Source: a virus (taxonomy: Duplodnaviria > Caudoviricetes). Taken from it: DNA of 54,852 bases. The translations under genes and the position numbers were made by a program. Under the pieces are notes generated by a model. The model made no database searches, was not told the DNA's origin, and saw only the letters and a list, made by a program, of their open reading frames with translations. This document shows positions 54,347 to 54,852 of the stretch, piece by piece. How positions within the stretch are numbered: position 1 is the first letter of the stretch; every line of letters starts with the position of its first letter. Location: the IMG/VR virus record IMGVR_UViG_3300022206_000004, positions 1 to 54,852 of that record; one strand, written 5' to 3'.

Positions 54347-54816
54347 GACAAATCTCCTAGTAATAGTGCGGGATCAATGTGTTGCTCATATGATACGTAC
54401 CTCCCACCGGAGAGGGTGGTGAATGCCAGCATGGTAACCCTTACATGGATGTGGGGTGTCATTATACCCTTCTTTTCATCCTCACCATACTTCTTTGAGA
54501 TGTCTTGGGCGTATCCCACTGCCTGACCAGGCTGAACAAACTTGCCAATGAGGTTAGCGTATGGAGCCATATACCATATCTCAACACGTAGTTTTGAGTT
54601 GGCTATCTGAATGCCAGTATATGACAGGTCACTCCGGTATGGGTACTCTACCTTTTCAGCCATACCACCAATCATTGAGAAGACTGGTTGCGGGGGTGTC
54701 ACTATGAGGTCTAATCCATCATGGAATTTACCTCCCCGTGATGCACCAAATGCACCATCTCCCCATAAGTCTTTTCGTACTACGGGTTTAGGACCCGATG
54801 GGCTGTACCGTTCCAT
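54343..54816 (-). CDS. M23-family (LECT2-like) peptidase, probable endolysin
   Basis: G.FGA.R...HDGLD (HxxxD), PHIH (HxH) and C-terminal IDP. Confidence 0.85.
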   Translation of the reverse strand: MERYSPSGPKPVVRKDLWGDGAFGASRGGKFHDGLDLIVTPPQPVFSMIGGMAEKVEYPYRSDLSYTGIQIANSKLRVEIWYMAPYANLIGKFVQPGQAVGYAQDISKKYGEDEKKGIMTPHIHVRVTMLAFTTLSGGRYVSYEQHIDPALLLGDLS

Positions 54817-54852
54817 TTATCCTCCTATTCTTGTTAAAAGGTAGCTGATCCC

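Noticed and set aside
1-54852. Stop-codon reassignment
   Set aside because: Core genes are intact in the standard code, all three stop codons end well-coupled genes, and no suppressor tRNA was seen.

Overview
The window looks like a complete or near-complete, circularly permuted 54.9-kb genome of a tailed dsDNA phage with podovirus-type (P22/BPP-1-like) morphogenesis. An ORF starting at 698 (-) runs off the left edge and closes in frame at 54834, just before the endolysin RBS. There are four main blocks. (1) A leftward virion/packaging block (about 30.9 kb down to 1, continuing into the lysis genes at 53.2-54.8 kb) with terminase, portal, scaffold, capsid, adaptor, two tandem paralogous ~1000-aa tail proteins and three tRNAs (Thr, Tyr, His). 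(2) A rightward early block (31.5-38.4 kb) with a ~500-nt structured leader and an AAA ATPase / DUF3150-like / metallopeptidase-VWA trio. (3) A leftward replication block (45.0-38.5 kb) with DnaB, an initiator with internal iterons, SSB and an excisionase-like HTH. (4) A rightward block (45.1-52.9 kb) with a Cas4-like nuclease, tyrosine recombinase, RNA ligase, primase-polymerase and 5'-nucleotidase. The most unusual signals are at the RNA level. An unlisted 46-codon ORF with six consecutive Tyr/His codons (YHYHYY) sits in the tRNA cluster and reads into tRNA-Tyr, suggesting a tRNA-sensing switch. Also seen are a 133-nt tRNA/tmRNA-like RNA with an expanded anticodon domain, two large structured leaders, covarying intergenic hairpins, a 21-bp long-range helix and three copies of a shared promoter motif. 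All calls come from manual motif reading; no database searches or folding programs were run.
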